A DNA stretch of 64,000 bases from Oculina patagonica (taxonomy: Eukaryota), in assembly GCF_052425735.1 (NCBI RefSeq), contig NC_135763.1, positions 11,160,001 to 11,224,000 of the forward strand, in the 5' to 3' direction. Shown here one piece after another: positions 48,801 through 62,900 of the stretch (its first letter is position 1; each line of letters opens with the position of its first letter). The notes beneath the pieces are model-generated. The model was not told where the DNA came from and did not search any database. It saw nothing but the letters and a program-made list of their open reading frames with translations. The position numbers and the translations under genes were made by a program.

Positions 48801-51800
48801 TAGTAGGTGTCCGAGCCTAAGTGGCCCATACAGCCGGAGCTTATCCCGGTTTCCATAGCATTAAGCGACTAGGAGTATTGCTACTCCCCCTGGATGGGAT
48901 GCTAGTCCATCGCAGGGTTACTCCCCAGCAGCAAGTTCGCCGGTACCCATTTATACACCTGGGTATAGAGAGGAACTGTGATAGTAAAGTGTCTTGGCCA
49001 AGAATACAACGCAGCGCCCCGGCCAGGTCTCGAACCCGGGCCGTTCGACTCGGAGCCGAGCGCGCTAACCATTAGGCCACCGCGCCTCCCACACTATAAA
49101 GTGGGGCGAATGTGAAATGGGAACGTTCAGTCTCTAGACGTTTTTCCTTTCCTGCTTTTACCCAGTCCCCTACCCATAGAAGGTCTAGAAGCCTTAGTCC
49201 GTAAAAAGAAAAACTCGTACTGTAATTGATCGTGTTTGATGCATATGCATACTTCCTTTTTTATGCAAAGAACTGAGAAGATAACATGACATTCATTTAG
49301 TTTTAACGTTTACTTCACTGCGAGGAAGCCAATTCTGTATCTCAGGTTTTTTTTTTACAATAGATTTCTCGGCCCGTTCATTGGTAAAAGAGAAAATTAA
49401 TCTTCAGCGGTTAGCATTGCAAACACAAGGAAGCAAACAAACAAACATTATCGATGATAATCTTGAACACACTATTTTGGAATTCAATCTGTAAATAATA
49501 TTCACTTGACGAAAAGGACCTGGTCGCCACACAACTTAGATAATTGCAGTGCTCCCTTAAAACTTTATTAAAGTAAGTGTCCATTTATTTTCTAAATTAA
49601 ACACCGCAGCACATAGCTATATGAATAGTATATTGTGTAACATGTAATACAGTACTGTTGGTTAGTCCCTTTCCTGAAGTAACAAAGAAGACTACTTTGT
49701 TTACGGCATGTCTTTTAAAAGACATGTTTAAGAAATCTTTAACGAAGGAAAACTTGAAATGTAATTAAAGAACCTTTCGACTGCAATTATAATGGTCCCT
49801 AAATTCTAATGTTGTCGATATTCGACAGTTTAAGGTTAGAAGTTCAATTAATTCTTACAAAAAAGACCACACAAAACGCTCTAAAACAACACTACAAACG
49901 ACACTGATCGAGAAAGAATGAAAATTATATCTTTACTAGACAGATGCACGCTTCTAACAACATAAATTACTGAGCCAAATAACAGCTAACACCACAGCTA
50001 ACGCTGGTTTCAAAGGAGGTTTAGTCAACTCTCTTCTACCATATATCATTTGAGCCTTGGCTGCCGGCTGCGACAGCTTTTTGCGTTAGTAGAAGAAAAC
50101 ATGAAAGAGAGCCTCTTGTACCAGGATATAGCTCATGGGTTTGACTTCACGTCATTAAACGAAGGAATATTTCGATCCTGCCAGATTCGAGAAACCTCCC
50201 GATAGGTACAGCCCTCCTTTAACTTATCTCAAATTGTTCAGTTATCAGAATATTTCGAGAGCATTTTACTTATCTCTTTACATACTTTAGATTGTCAAAA
50301 CTCTGCTTATTTGTCGGTTTAGATTTCGAAAGAGATGTGAACCATATCAGTCATGCACCATGTCGTTTGGGATACCACCGGGGTGAGAGTTGTTTTGAGA
50401 CTTCATATAGGTCACAGGGCAAGTGCTTAGACTGCGGGCGTTTTCAAGGATTAATTAATAGAGCAACAAGTTGCCGATTTTCCTAAGGCATTTGCTTCGT
50501 GACTATTCCATTACTGACCAGATTGAGTATCTTCCTCAGCTATCTTCATGGGTATGGTGCAACTCTATCTTCTTTGGAACTCTATCTTTCTCCTTCTTGA
50601 GTATCTTCTTTGGCTATCTTCATGAGCATTGTGTATGAACTAAAGTTTTAATTTATTAATTAGGATCAGATGATTTAAAACAGGTGCATCCATGATCCAA
50701 GGCTGATTTTATCTGATTGTCTCTATATCCACATAAAACACGCGATTTTTTATCGCTCACTCTTGATAAAGTTCTTTAATCTCAATTGAGATAAGGGCGA
50801 CGCGTACACTAAATGGAATTCCTTAGGACTAAAATAGGGACAAACAGGTGTAACTTTTCAGAATTGAAGGTTTTAATTAATTCATAGTTTCGTTTTTACC
50901 TTTGATTTTATCCGTATTGAGGAAAAATCACGAGTTTAATCATAGTTAATAGATAGATAACTTTAGATAACTTTATTTTACATGGTTAGAACACTTAGCT
51001 AAAAGCTAAGCCGAGGCTAATAGAGGGAAATGGTTAGGAAACCCGGCAAAGTTCTTTGTTGTATGTTTTTGTTCGCTGTTTTGGGGGTTGACCCTGCACA
51101 AAACCTGACAAAATACAATAGGTGGTTACGTGAGTTCATGCAACTAACCAATGGAAACACTGCGATTACGTAATTCATGCATAGTGTATGAGCGCAAAAC
51201 AAAAGATGTGCAGGGTCGTGGACCTTCCAACATAAATCTTGGCCTCTTTGTTTGCTTCTTTGATGTTTGCCGGGTTTTCTAACCATTTCCCTCTATTAAC
51301 TATGGTTTAATTTTGGCTTTTACCGATTCTTTTTTTTTTTTTTAAATTTTTTTTTTTTTTTTTTTAAGAAATCTTGAAGTGTGTGTTTCTTGACTCGTGA
51401 GAATTTTCTTGCTTGCCTTGGCATGCATTTGGCGTAATCTGTCATGTTCCATTGCCCTTATAAAACCTTTAATTGCGACTTAATAAGGCAACTCTACAGA
51501 TGAAAGATGTCAACAAATATTATTGTTACCCACCGGGTAGGTGAAATTTAACGGACAACTGGCGTGTTATGCCCTCTTCACCAAAACAAAGGTTTCCAAA
51601 CGGTGAAATATAATCCAATCCAGATTTACGTTAATAGCTTTCTCTTAAGTAATACTTTTACGTGCTTGTCCCAGTCGGGGTCTTTTGTTTTAATATTGTT
51701 TTCTTTGAACAACGTACTGGATGTATGAATAATGTAGTACAGTTTATACGGACATTTTGCCAACTACGTCGGTACTTATTTAATGCTCGTGTGGATATAA

Positions 51801-54756
51801 ACTGAATGAAAGATGGTATTATTTTTATTTCAGAGATAGTGCTGGCAGCTGGTTCCCATTTGTCTTATGCCGGAGCGGCCAACATTCTTTACTATGACAG
51901 TTCTACTGGTGACACCCACAATTTTGACGCTGGATGGAACAAGCCCTACTACATAGACCCGGCTCAGATCCCAGAGCATCACTCGGAACTCGGCAACGGG
52001 GCCACGGTACTAGTCCCAGGGTTCATAGCCGGGGTATCTACTGCTTCGGAGAAGTATAGCTTGATGCCGCTGTCAAAGCTGTTGGAGCCCGCGTTGTACT
52101 TTGCCACCAAGGGATTTAAACTTCCTTCTGATTTGGCGGAAGAGATAAGGAAGAATTACAATCAGAGAAGCCTTCTTCGCACTAAGGAAGGTATGTTTGA
52201 CGTTCTCCATTCAACCTTTGAGGTCTGTGTATGGACAAATGCTTGATGACACTACTCACAATGCCTTGGAAAGCTTAACTGCATGTTGCAATTGTCTCGA
52301 AGAGTATCTTAGTGTTAAATTTATTTATTAAATTTCTACATGCCTTTCTTCTTGAAAAACGTTTTGTGGCACTTGACACTTAAAATTTGTGAAGGATGAT
52401 CCCCAAACACGCTTTGGCAATTGTGTCTCCATCTAACCATCCAAACTGACTACTAACAACCACACTCTGACAGCACACAGATGTTGGAGATCGTAGCTTA
52501 CTGTTGACAATTGTCCTAAACGTTAAAGTGCGTTACAAGTTGCGCCATAACTGCTCTTCTGACAAAAGCCCACAAGAAAACTGGCAAACTGTGCGTGCGC
52601 CTCACGGTGGAAACTGGCAACCCGCAAGATCAAAATCATAACTGATGAGTTTCAGAATTTCCAAATATTTGAAATGATAGCTCTTGTTCATTATGTTACC
52701 CTATTTGACCAGACCCATTTTGTTCAGTCAGATACAAATGTTTTCATGAGTCTAGGCACTTTTCTACTTTTATGCTGTTTTCTATACACTGCAACCTTTG
52801 AAGTTACTATGTATCTGTATTACTTTCTTCGTTCACAGGAAAACACATTTTCACCAACCCCAAAACAAAGAAACCTTACAAAGCTGGCGAACGATTCAGG
52901 CAACCTAAACTGGCAAAATTCATCAAACGCCTCTCTAAGTACGGAAAGGACTATTTCTACCGCGGTCCCTGGGCCGAGGACATGGTTGAGACGATTCAAA
53001 GTCACGAAGGCTACGTCACAATGGAGGACATGACCGAGTATCAGGTGAGGTCACCTGAGCCCGCAAGTACCTTGTACCAGAAGTATCACGTGTTGACTTC
53101 AGGTGCGGAGTGGGGTGGTGCTGAATTGGTCGAAAAGTTGAACTTGATGGAATTGGCAGGAGTTGGGGGTTCCACCGACTCTTACTTGACAAATGCCACA
53201 AAGCTATTCTGGCTCGCTTCTATAACGCGTCTAAGTTCTTTCATTTCGTTTTTCACGCACGCTGTTCCGAATGGAAAGCAACTTCTCCAGGAGCACCTTG
53301 GCGTGGATGTTGACAATTCTTATCGGAAAACAAAAGAGGCAGCCGAGGAGCTTTGGGACAAAATTGCCTCTCCTGAAAAGATGGCAGACGTAAACGACAT
53401 CATGCGAGAGATATTGGCAAGTGCTGAGATGGACATAGAGCAACATCCTCGCGGCTCGTCTGGTGTAGTAGCAGTGGATAGTGCCGGAAACGTGTGTTCT
53501 CTGGTACATGGCACCGACAGCGGGATTTGGGGAACAGGCCTTTTCGTGCAGGGAGTCAGTCTGCCAAGTTCTGGAATCGCTTTGAAATCATTAATAAAAG
53601 AGACCAAAAGTGGCACAAGAGTCCCTTCAGGACTTCAGCCTGTAATTATCTTCAAAGAAGAATTTCGAGAATTCGATGGATTTGGTCGAAGGCTGAGACG
53701 AGACATCTCTGTTGCAAAGAAGAACAAAAAGAGGCTTGCAGCCAAAAAGAAGGGATTGTCAAATCGTGGATACACTGGGGTGGAAGTGCCTCAAAAGCTG
53801 GTGGTTCTCAGAACGCAGAACAGGGTCAGATCGCAACTGATGGACGAGTCACTGGCAAAGTCATCTCAGCCGGGGAAATCACAAGAACGCCAAAGGTTTG
53901 AGCACGTGGCAGAAATACGGTGAGTTTCCAGAAGAGGAACTCTCAGAATACAGTAACTCTGATGTACCCGATGAGTTGACATTTACACGAACGGACCCAA
54001 GAAAGGGAACAAACGGAGGTGATTGAGGAGGACAAAACTCCCGGAGAAAAATCCATCCCATCGACGGAGGAGCTGGAGGAGTTTGAAGAACTGCATCCCA
54101 CTGATCCATATCCCTTGAAAATATCCCGCAATCATCACACCGTAGGGAAACACGCTGATGTGACTGCAAATCCTACGGACAAAGAAGAGACACAAGGAAA
54201 CGAAGAGGAAGAAAACGAATTTGAAGAGGAAATCACGGCAACAAAAGGTCCAACGGAAAGAGAAGAAATCCGAGAAGAAAAAGCCATCTATGAAGGCGAA
54301 TCCAAAGAGTTTCCACATCTGGGAATTCCTGACGCTTGGAAGTCAGGTACTATTCTGGAGGAAACAGACGAGCCAATATTCCATACCGGCCTGGTACCAG
54401 TGTTAGCTTTGGCATGTACCGGTCCTTCGCACCCGCTTGCTGTCCCGCAGTACATAACGAACATTTTGGACAGTGGAATGAGCCCCAAGGCAGCACTGGA
54501 ATCTCCGACATTCCTGGCTCCCAGCCCTCATTCCTTCCAACAAGACATTCAGGTGGAAAAATATTCTATTGACGATAATGTCTTGCTAGATGTGAATGAA
54601 TCTGGACAGTTATTGACTGAAGTGGATTCCCAAACGGCGGACGAAGTGGCGGGAATTGGGGCCGCTGTTACGCTCAACAGTGACAGGAAAATGCTTGGTT
54701 GTGCGCATCCATCCAAAGGAGGTTTGGCGGAGGGGGTATCGGTGGTGGAAGGCTGA
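45852..54756 (+). CDS. Secreted gamma-glutamyltransferase-like Ntn hydrolase (frame break at 53920-54005)
   Basis: Exons 45852-46146, 51834-52190, 52839-~53919, then ~54006-54756. Signal peptide; motifs AGTEALKKGGNAMDA, VLVPGFIAG, LLEPALYFATKGF, RQPKLA, FYRGPWA, GYVTMEDM, VVAVDSAGN, ITNILDSGMSPKAALESP. Confidence 0.85.
48812..49090 (-). mobile_element. Nin/Inv-type SINE
   Basis: tRNA head on minus (GGTGGCCTAATGGTTAGCGCGC..GGTTCGAGACC) with Nin-like core. Confidence 0.8.
51018..51298. mobile_element. MITE
   Basis: TAATAGAGGGAAATGGTTAG.AAACCCGGCAAA inverted termini. Confidence 0.75.
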
Positions 54757-55329
54757 TGTTTCGACTCCGAAGACCGAAAATTATTTCAGCAGACAAATGT
54801 GGTATATATATTTTCTACAGAATGTGATTTCATGAAGAACTTCTTCCTTTAAAATCTTTCAAAAAATAGATAGTAAAGGTACATATATTAGGGAATGTAA
54901 AAACTACACACCAGTTTTAACATTTTTAATAATTTCCTGTACTATACGCTATATCGAGGCGTTTGGATAAAGTGAACGTTGCTACACCAAGAGAGAAAAG
55001 GCTTCAAAATTTTTTAAATATGGAACTTTATTTGCAAGTCCCCGAACAATAACAGATATACTTTTTGAAAGGATAGCCAAAATCTCTAACAGAAAGTGGC
55101 ATCTACCAACCATTAAAGTACCACATCAAACTGTTTATTGACTGTCCAAAAGCATTTCAGCGGTGTTGGATTGTGAAAAAAAAAACCCGACAAATTTTCT
55201 AATTGCTTTGGGTGATAAAGATGCTTAAACTATAAGAGTTGTTTGTAATCACATTCGTTTAGCTATCTTTCGTTTCTAGCTAAAATGGATCCATGTGATA
55301 TTGTCTACATTAGACGTAAACAGCACCTA

Positions 55330-55569
55330 CAATCCTAGACAAAAATCCATGGGACACTTAAAGAAATAGTGCTCAGTGACCATTCCCTTTGCATTAAGAA
55401 CTCGTTTAATTTTCCGAACCCCCCTTTCCCCCCAAACAATGTTGAGATATTGTCTCACGGTATGATGGATAGAAACCAACATTGAATTGGGGATGGGGAA
55501 GGGGAGATCAGTACAATGTCAATGTTTCATCGAATTGGTTAAGTGTCCCAAGACTTTTGTCTAGGATTG
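55330..55569. mobile_element. TA-flanked MITE
   Basis: TA|CAATCCTAGACAAAA ... TTTTGTCTAGGATTG|TA. Confidence 0.75.
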
Positions 55570-56977
55570 TAGTCTTCCTTGCCTAGGTGAATCAAGACAT
55601 CAGCTTGTTTAGGAACGAGTCTGGACTGTAAGTTATAGAAAACCATGTCAAGTTAGGCGAAATTTTTGTTAGGATAAAGATGGCAATTATGATATGCTCT
55701 TTAGGATTCCTAGCAGAAGAATAAGTACGTGCAAGTCATGTCGCTTAGCAACCCGTATGACACTAATATCGCGGGCTCAGTCACTTCTTGAAAACAACAA
55801 CAACAACAAAAAATAATTAACTTAAGGACTTGTTCTCCTGGCCATGAATAAAAAATATATTGGTTTGCAAAATTTATTTTCTGTTTTGACTTTACTGGAG
55901 ATATGTTTAAAGCTACAAGCATTGGTCATATCTTCCCTCACCACTCAAGCGCGGATCTGGAAAAGATGGTCTCCGTTTTCTGATAACTAGAGCGCTGAAG
56001 GCGCGAACCTGTAGGGGTTCTGGGGGCATGCTCCCCCGTAAAAGATTTAGATCTCGACCGCCTTAAAGTGCCATTTAGGGATATTCTTTCTTCGCTTACT
56101 ATAAAAGGACCTGGCAACGAGATTTACAGAGTTGATTTAAGTTCTTTTATTGCTCCAAGCCGTTTATCAAACGGCTTGGAGCATGTTTTGGCCAACTTCT
56201 TCTAAATGAGGTTATAAAATGGATCACGACTATTTAAAGGCTTTATCGTTAATTCATTGTTTCTGTTATCAAAAGATCCTTCCAGGTATTGGAAAAAAAA
56301 GTAATATTTTGATTTCTGGTCTAAGCAACTAAGTGAAAGACTTATTTCATTCCCAGGGTCTGGGTTTATACCCCACCCCTGAGATGGAGTGAATATTAAG
56401 TCCCTGAAACGAGTGTACTGAAAACTTCCTTTAAGACAATTATGCGTTTAATTCAGCATTTGACACACTGGATGTAAGAACCATCTTAGTAACACAAATA
56501 ACTAAAACATTTCTCGCAACCATAAAAGTCAAGCTAGAGTTTGTCTCTCCGTTTTTTTTTTTAAGTGGAAGTCTGCCTTTGGCCTGGGAGGCGACAGACA
56601 AACTGTACAGATATAAATTCAGTTAAAAAACGAAAAGTGGAGCAAAATCGTCGTGGTTGATTGACCTGGCGACCTCCTTGTTAGATCCATATGCATGATG
56701 ATCTGATAATCCGTCTTTAAATAACATTTTCATAATAACTTTTATAAAACATCGTTCATTTCCATTCTGCGCCAACTCAGACCACTTCATTTATTCCTGG
56801 TATATATTTGACTACAGACAGCGACCTAATTCTGCTTGAAAGCGAACTTCTGCAGTTTTTTTTTGAAGTTCTAAAACGCACGCCTGGCACTGCCTGCCTG
56901 AAGGACTTTGGGATGTTCTTGTGGTTTTGTCTTGTGCTAATTTCCTGGTGGTATCCGACTTAACAGTAATTTTAAAG

Positions 56978-59900
56978 TCAGCCCAGGCTCTCTTTTCTTA
57001 TAACCCACGAACTGTCATTAGCTGTAAGGTTGTTCTCAGGTCCTAGCACGGCTATCGAGTTGGGAACGTCTTGGGAGGCCAGGTACCTAAACAAAAAGCA
57101 CAAGCCTTTAGAACGAAATAAAGGCTCATAACACAGAAACGTGACAAAACAAGAGATACTCACGTGCGTGTCACGTGGATGACGTCATCCCTGGTCACGC
57201 TGAAAAGCCGGTCTCTATTGGTTTGGCGCATGTCATCTGTCACGGCTTGGGTGAAGTACAGCATGCCACGGTTGCTAGGGGATACTGGTTTGTCAACCTA
57301 TGAGACGATAGCAGCAACGTTCACATTAAATAAGTTTTTTATTATTATTATTATTATTATTTTATTATTATTATTATTATTACAAGATCATTGAGTCCCA
57401 CGAAATTAAGTTAAAGTGACGCGCACCTTTCCTTTGGTAATTCTATACGATCCTAGTGGTGTACTATTGCCAGTGTGAAGCAACTACTCCCGGGGGGACC
57501 AAAAGTTGGGGAGGCCCGCCCCAGTTCAACCCTTACCAACTACAGATCGACCCCGATACCCTGGACCCCCTACCTAGAGACATGGCGTGGACTTGATGAC
57601 TTCTGTCTGTGGACCATTGCGTCGTAAGGCCCAGGCAGACAGATTCCAACCCCGTACTTAACCCGTATCCCACCCAATACCTGAAGCCGAAAAGCCCCGG
57701 GCGGAGCCCCCGAAGGCCTATAGGGAGACCCCCCCGGGCAACTACTCCCCTACACTTTATCATTTTTTGCCCTAATAGTTTGCAGATCCCATTTATACAC
57801 CTCCCTGGAGAGAATGAAGTGTCTTGCCTAAGAACAAAACGCAATGACACTTCAGCGTTTGAATCCAGATCGCTCGATCTGAAATCCAACGCGCTAGCCA
57901 ATAGCCCACCGCGTCGCTCGCCACTCCTTTGCCATTCCACGGTTTTTGATTAAACAAGTGGGACATACGGAGTTTCATGGCAACGTGTTATGGCGGGAAA
58001 TTAAAAAATTGCCTTGTCGAGCTCACCTCTTCACGTCACGTCAGATTTTGGTTGGTCAAAGCAAAGGGAACCCAAATTTTGTCGAGTGGCACTGTGTGGC
58101 CAGGCGCCGGATTAGCAATAAAATTAAAAACAAAAACAAAATGTCACCAAGCAAAAAAGAAAATCCTAGAAATTTCACCCTTTTTTCACAAGACGGCCTT
58201 CTTGAAAGAAAGACTTAGTTTTCAGTTCAATGAAGTCTTGAATTTAACTCTTACTTCTGCAAAGACGGAAAGTTTAGCTTCCTCGATGTCTTGATCTGTA
58301 AACTTTCCGTCAAGTGCCCACTGGACGGAGTTCTCAAACGCTGACAGCGTGCCCTCGAAATTAGGATCTCTGAAAAAAAAATACAGATTGAAAGATGACA
58401 CGATTGAACTTGGTGTTTCCATAAATGTTGTTTGTGCGCAGCAGGGACCCTTGTGGCAGAAGTATGTCGAGCTCTACAAACTCATCTGTACCCTAAGAAG
58501 GCGGCTGATCAACTTGAAATTAACTAAAACAGTCTTCCCGGACACGTTTTGTTGAACCGATCACACTTATTTATTTTATGTCGTTATTTCATTTGTCTTC
58601 TTCGCAGTTGTCAACAACACCCCCTCTCCCCAAGTTTCTGTTTCATGAAGCGAAATATTAACACGTGACAACTGAACAGACGCATGAGCTTAACGAAAAC
58701 TCTAACATCAGCATCTAAACTCTCCTAACTATTTTGATGCATTTTTATAATTCTCTTTAGCTATCAGTCAAGATTGTCTTCTAAGATAATGAGGTCCTTC
58801 ATTGTTATGACTTGCTTACCTTGCCTTACTCTTTTATAACAAAGTGAATTAATCGCTTCTGGTTTTTACCTGTATGAGAAGAAAGAGAAAATGCCACCGC
58901 CAATCTTTGCACCACTGCCATATGCTCCGCCTTTTTCCCTAAAAAAAAATTCCGTAAAACTGAATGAACGAAAGAAACGAGCCAACGAGCTATGCGGGGA
59001 CAAACGAACGAGCGAATGAACGTATTTTATTCATTTTCTGTTGTATTGCGTCCACAAATCTGAGAATTGCCTCAATGGAAAGCTTGAACGCGTCTAATTT
59101 ATCCATTCAGTGGAGAATATATTTTATGTGGTATAATGGTACTTTTTTCCAATATGGCTGCAGAATTTTGTAAATGGCAACTCAACTGAAAAAGACAAAG
59201 CAAAATGATATATATTTAGTGACAAAGTTGAAAAAAATCCTCTGCTCGAGCTATTCGTACCTTATTTCGCGGTGAAGAAACTTCGCAGAAAGCAGTTTGG
59301 CCAGGATTCTTAATCTAAAAAAACAAGAAAGAAAATTAACAGTCGGACAGTTGAAATATAAATATTTGGAGTTCAGCATGATGTAAGACTTGTTTTTTTC
59401 CTGCGACTTTAGAGCATTTTCTTGAGTGTGTAAAACCAAAACCAAAGTAATTACTCGGCCAATCACAAAGAACACAGACAATCCAGTAAACCAATCAAAA
59501 CGAAGCAAATACATGTCGCCGACACGAAGCGCGGGAAAACGTGCGCGAGCGCGTCATGATTGGTTTTGGTTTTACTTCTGATTGGCGAGAGTGGCGCGAG
59601 GATTTTAAACCAATCACAAAGCGAGTAATGCAAAACCAAAGAAAACGCTATTACTTTCGACACTCAAGTGAAAACCGCTCTATATACACAAATGCGATAC
59701 GATTTCTGATTACATCACTTACTTTGGGAAGTCCTGGTGAGTATAGGGCACTGTAGGAAGGCACCTGCTGATGTAATTGACTGGGAAAGGCATCTCATAA
59801 TGGGTCTTTACACCACTCGGCTGGTAGTCTGGGAACTAAAAACAGAGGGACTTGTTATCGGTCTGAGTCTCCTCGCAGCCGCTATCTTGATCGTGACGAA

Positions 59901-62900
59901 ACGCTTCTCAGAGCGTTGCGTGTCCATCCGAATAAGAGCCGAACAGTAGATTACATTAGTCCGAACAAGTAGCTTTTTGCTTCTAACTGACAAATGCATC
60001 GGGCGTTTCACTGTCAACAGAAAATTGTTAAAGTAGCTTCACCCGTAGGTCGTGCTATATTAATCATAACTAAAACAAAGTTCTTGAATCTAATTGGTTA
60101 TCAGCAGGTCCAACCTGAAAAGTTATTGGACCGTTTACGCGTCATTTACGTGCGCTGTTATTTGCCAGTTTCACCGTAATGGGTTACATTTCTCCGGCAT
60201 GGATAACAAAAACAAACTGAAAGACTGTCCTTTTCAAGTGTATTATCCAAACGCCAAAACCTTTCCCCTTCCCCACCCCTTAAATGTTTTTTATAGCTGC
60301 GACAAATTGTGCTTAACAAATTTGAATTCCGTTTCGCGGTCATGCGAATTTGCTTACCATTCGTACAAATAGAGACCGAATTTAACACTAGTCCGGGACT
60401 TTCTATTGTCACTATAACTTATCAGTAAGCCTCAAACTTTTGTAAAAATATTTTTTTAAGACCTTTTAGAGACATTTGTCATCGTCAGTTACATTGTTAA
60501 CTCTGAATTTACATTTAAGTCTGTATAAAAGATTAACAAATTCGGATCCAAATTTAGCATTGTTACTGACTGGGGTAATTTAAATGTGCTGGCAAAATAT
60601 ACCAGGAATTGCCCTCTGAGCGTGAGCACTGGAAAGGAAATCAGGGACCACACGAGGCAAAGAAAAATTCTTTGACCCTCGGTAGGATTCGAACCCGTGA
60701 CCTCCAGATAAGATCACCGTTGCTCTACCGACTGAGCCACGAGGCCAGACAGGAGCAGGTCGTGGGTATGAGCAGTATCAGCCAACCCCAGTTCCATATG
60801 CGATCCAATACCTTAACATGAGATGACTCCTCGTATATGCTACTGGGCAGCGAATCACAGAAGCCTTCTAAAGCATTTTCAACCGCTTGTCGACCTTGAG
60901 CTGTAGTGTTCACGGCACACCTGCAATAAAAACCCGTCAGCAAGAAAAAACAAAAAACAAGACAACAACAAAACACAACACCAGACAAACATTTGCGTTG
61001 CTCGCTTCTGTCTGCGCAGAAACTTCAACTCAAGAGGCCAGTTAAACAGGGTTCGTACTCTTTGAGCTTTCCAGGACCTTTTCCATGTCCTTTCATAGTT
61101 CCATAACCAAATTTGGCCTTCGATTGTGGGTCTTACTGACTAACATATTTTGTACAACCAACATCATTTCAATGACTTTTAATGACCCACACTTTTATTC
61201 GATGAATTCCAGGCCGGAAAATAAAGTTTTAAAATTCTGACTTTCACGGTTTTCCAAGACCCGTACGAACCCTGGTTAAAGAAAATTTGGAAGCAATTCG
61301 ACAGTCCAGAGGGTTTAACGACCAGTTTTCGGTTATTACAAATTTCACTTAAAATCCAGGAATCGAGGAAAGGCCGTTGGACAAAGAGTTGGGAGTAGGG
61401 ATAGCACAGTGGTCAGAGCGCTTGCTCACCACCAATGTGGCCCGGGTTCGAATCCCTGACCCGGCGTCATATGTAGGTTGAGTTTGTTGTTGGTTCTCGT
61501 CCTTACTCCGAGGATTTTCTCTGGGTACTCCGGTTTCCCTCCCACCACAAAAACCTACACTCCAAACTCTAATTCGATCTTCGATGCACACGTGTACGCT
61601 TTCTAACGAGCTTCTGAGGGCTCTCCTGTGTTACGTGGGTAGAAAAATTAGATTTTTTACATTACGTTTACAAAAGATGTTATTCAAAATGTGTTTCTCA
61701 CCTGAATTGCGTCCCCTCCAACACGTTCACTGCTATAGTGCCGAATTTCTCGATAACTGGAGTCAAGTCTTCCATTTCGGCGATGTTTTTCATAAACAGG
61801 ACCTAAATAACACATAGAAAATGTCACATGCTATTACAGTGTGGTGGGTCTTAAGACCTTCGGCAAGCAAACTGGCAAATCAACTGCTTCACGGATTGTT
61901 CAGAATCACGTAACTTAGCTCCGGCAAACACAAATTAAAGTATTTCAATCCATCGTTACCAGTTACATGTTTCCCCTTGCTTCACAGTCGGTAACATGTT
62001 TTCCCGCGCTCACAGCCGGTTACGAATTTTCCCGTGCGTGCCATCGGTTCATGTTTTCCCACGCTGACAACCGCTTACATGTTTTCCCGCGCGTATAACC
62101 GCTTACATATTTTCCCGCGCTTACAACCGCTTACATGTTTTCCCGCATTTACAACCGCTTACATGTTTTTCTGCGTGTACAACCGCGGTTACTTGTTTCC
62201 GCGCTCAGAACTGGCTACATGTTTTCCCGCGTTTACAACCGGTTAGACATGTTTTTCCTGCCCTTACAACCAGTTATTATAGTTTTTTCTATATAGTTGA
62301 TTCCAACTGATTCTAATCGCGTGATATGATTGGTCTGTGATCAGTTTTGATGTTGGGTGGTCAACCAAACGATGAAATTTCTCTCTCCTTCTTTTTTACT
62401 CAAACATTTCCTGTTATTTCTGTACATTTCCCAACATATATCTAGGTGCCATCCACAAATTCACTCCAAAATGTTTGCGTGTGCAAGCGTGTATATATGT
62501 GATAAGTACCTGAGAAAGTCCTCCAAACTGCTCACTAAGATGTGCTGCAGGAGACAGGGAACTAGCTGCCAGTGCCATCGCGTACAAGTGTCCTGCGTTT
62601 GAGACGGACATCGCTAGGTCTGAGGCGAGCATGTTAATGAGTGTGCGCAGACGTTCAGTGTTGTTCAATGTAGGTCTGCAACAGATTTTGGACAAGATAA
62701 AATACTGTCTGCTTTGTCCTACGACACAAATGGAGACTGAAGGAAAAATGCTCGAATTAACAGCACCAACCTGGAAAATATTTCTGCCCACAAGTAGAAC
62801 ATGTGAGGAAGGTTCTTGTCGAGGCAGTGAGAGGAAAATTCAAGACCCTGAAATGCAAAAACTCATCAACAAGCTCACAAAAATGGTTTGGATTTCTTTA

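Noticed and set aside
53921-53923. Selenocysteine or read-through at the GGT-like TGA
   Set aside because: The same frame meets TAA about ten codons later, so read-through alone cannot reach the C-terminus.
45852-54756. Bacterial contamination as the source of the GGT-like gene
   Set aside because: It has canonical introns containing host SINEs and MITEs and is contiguous with animal genes.
61963-62272. CRISPR-like array
   Set aside because: No unique spacers, eukaryotic intron, no cas genes; the same applies to 9475-9720 and 4932-5434.
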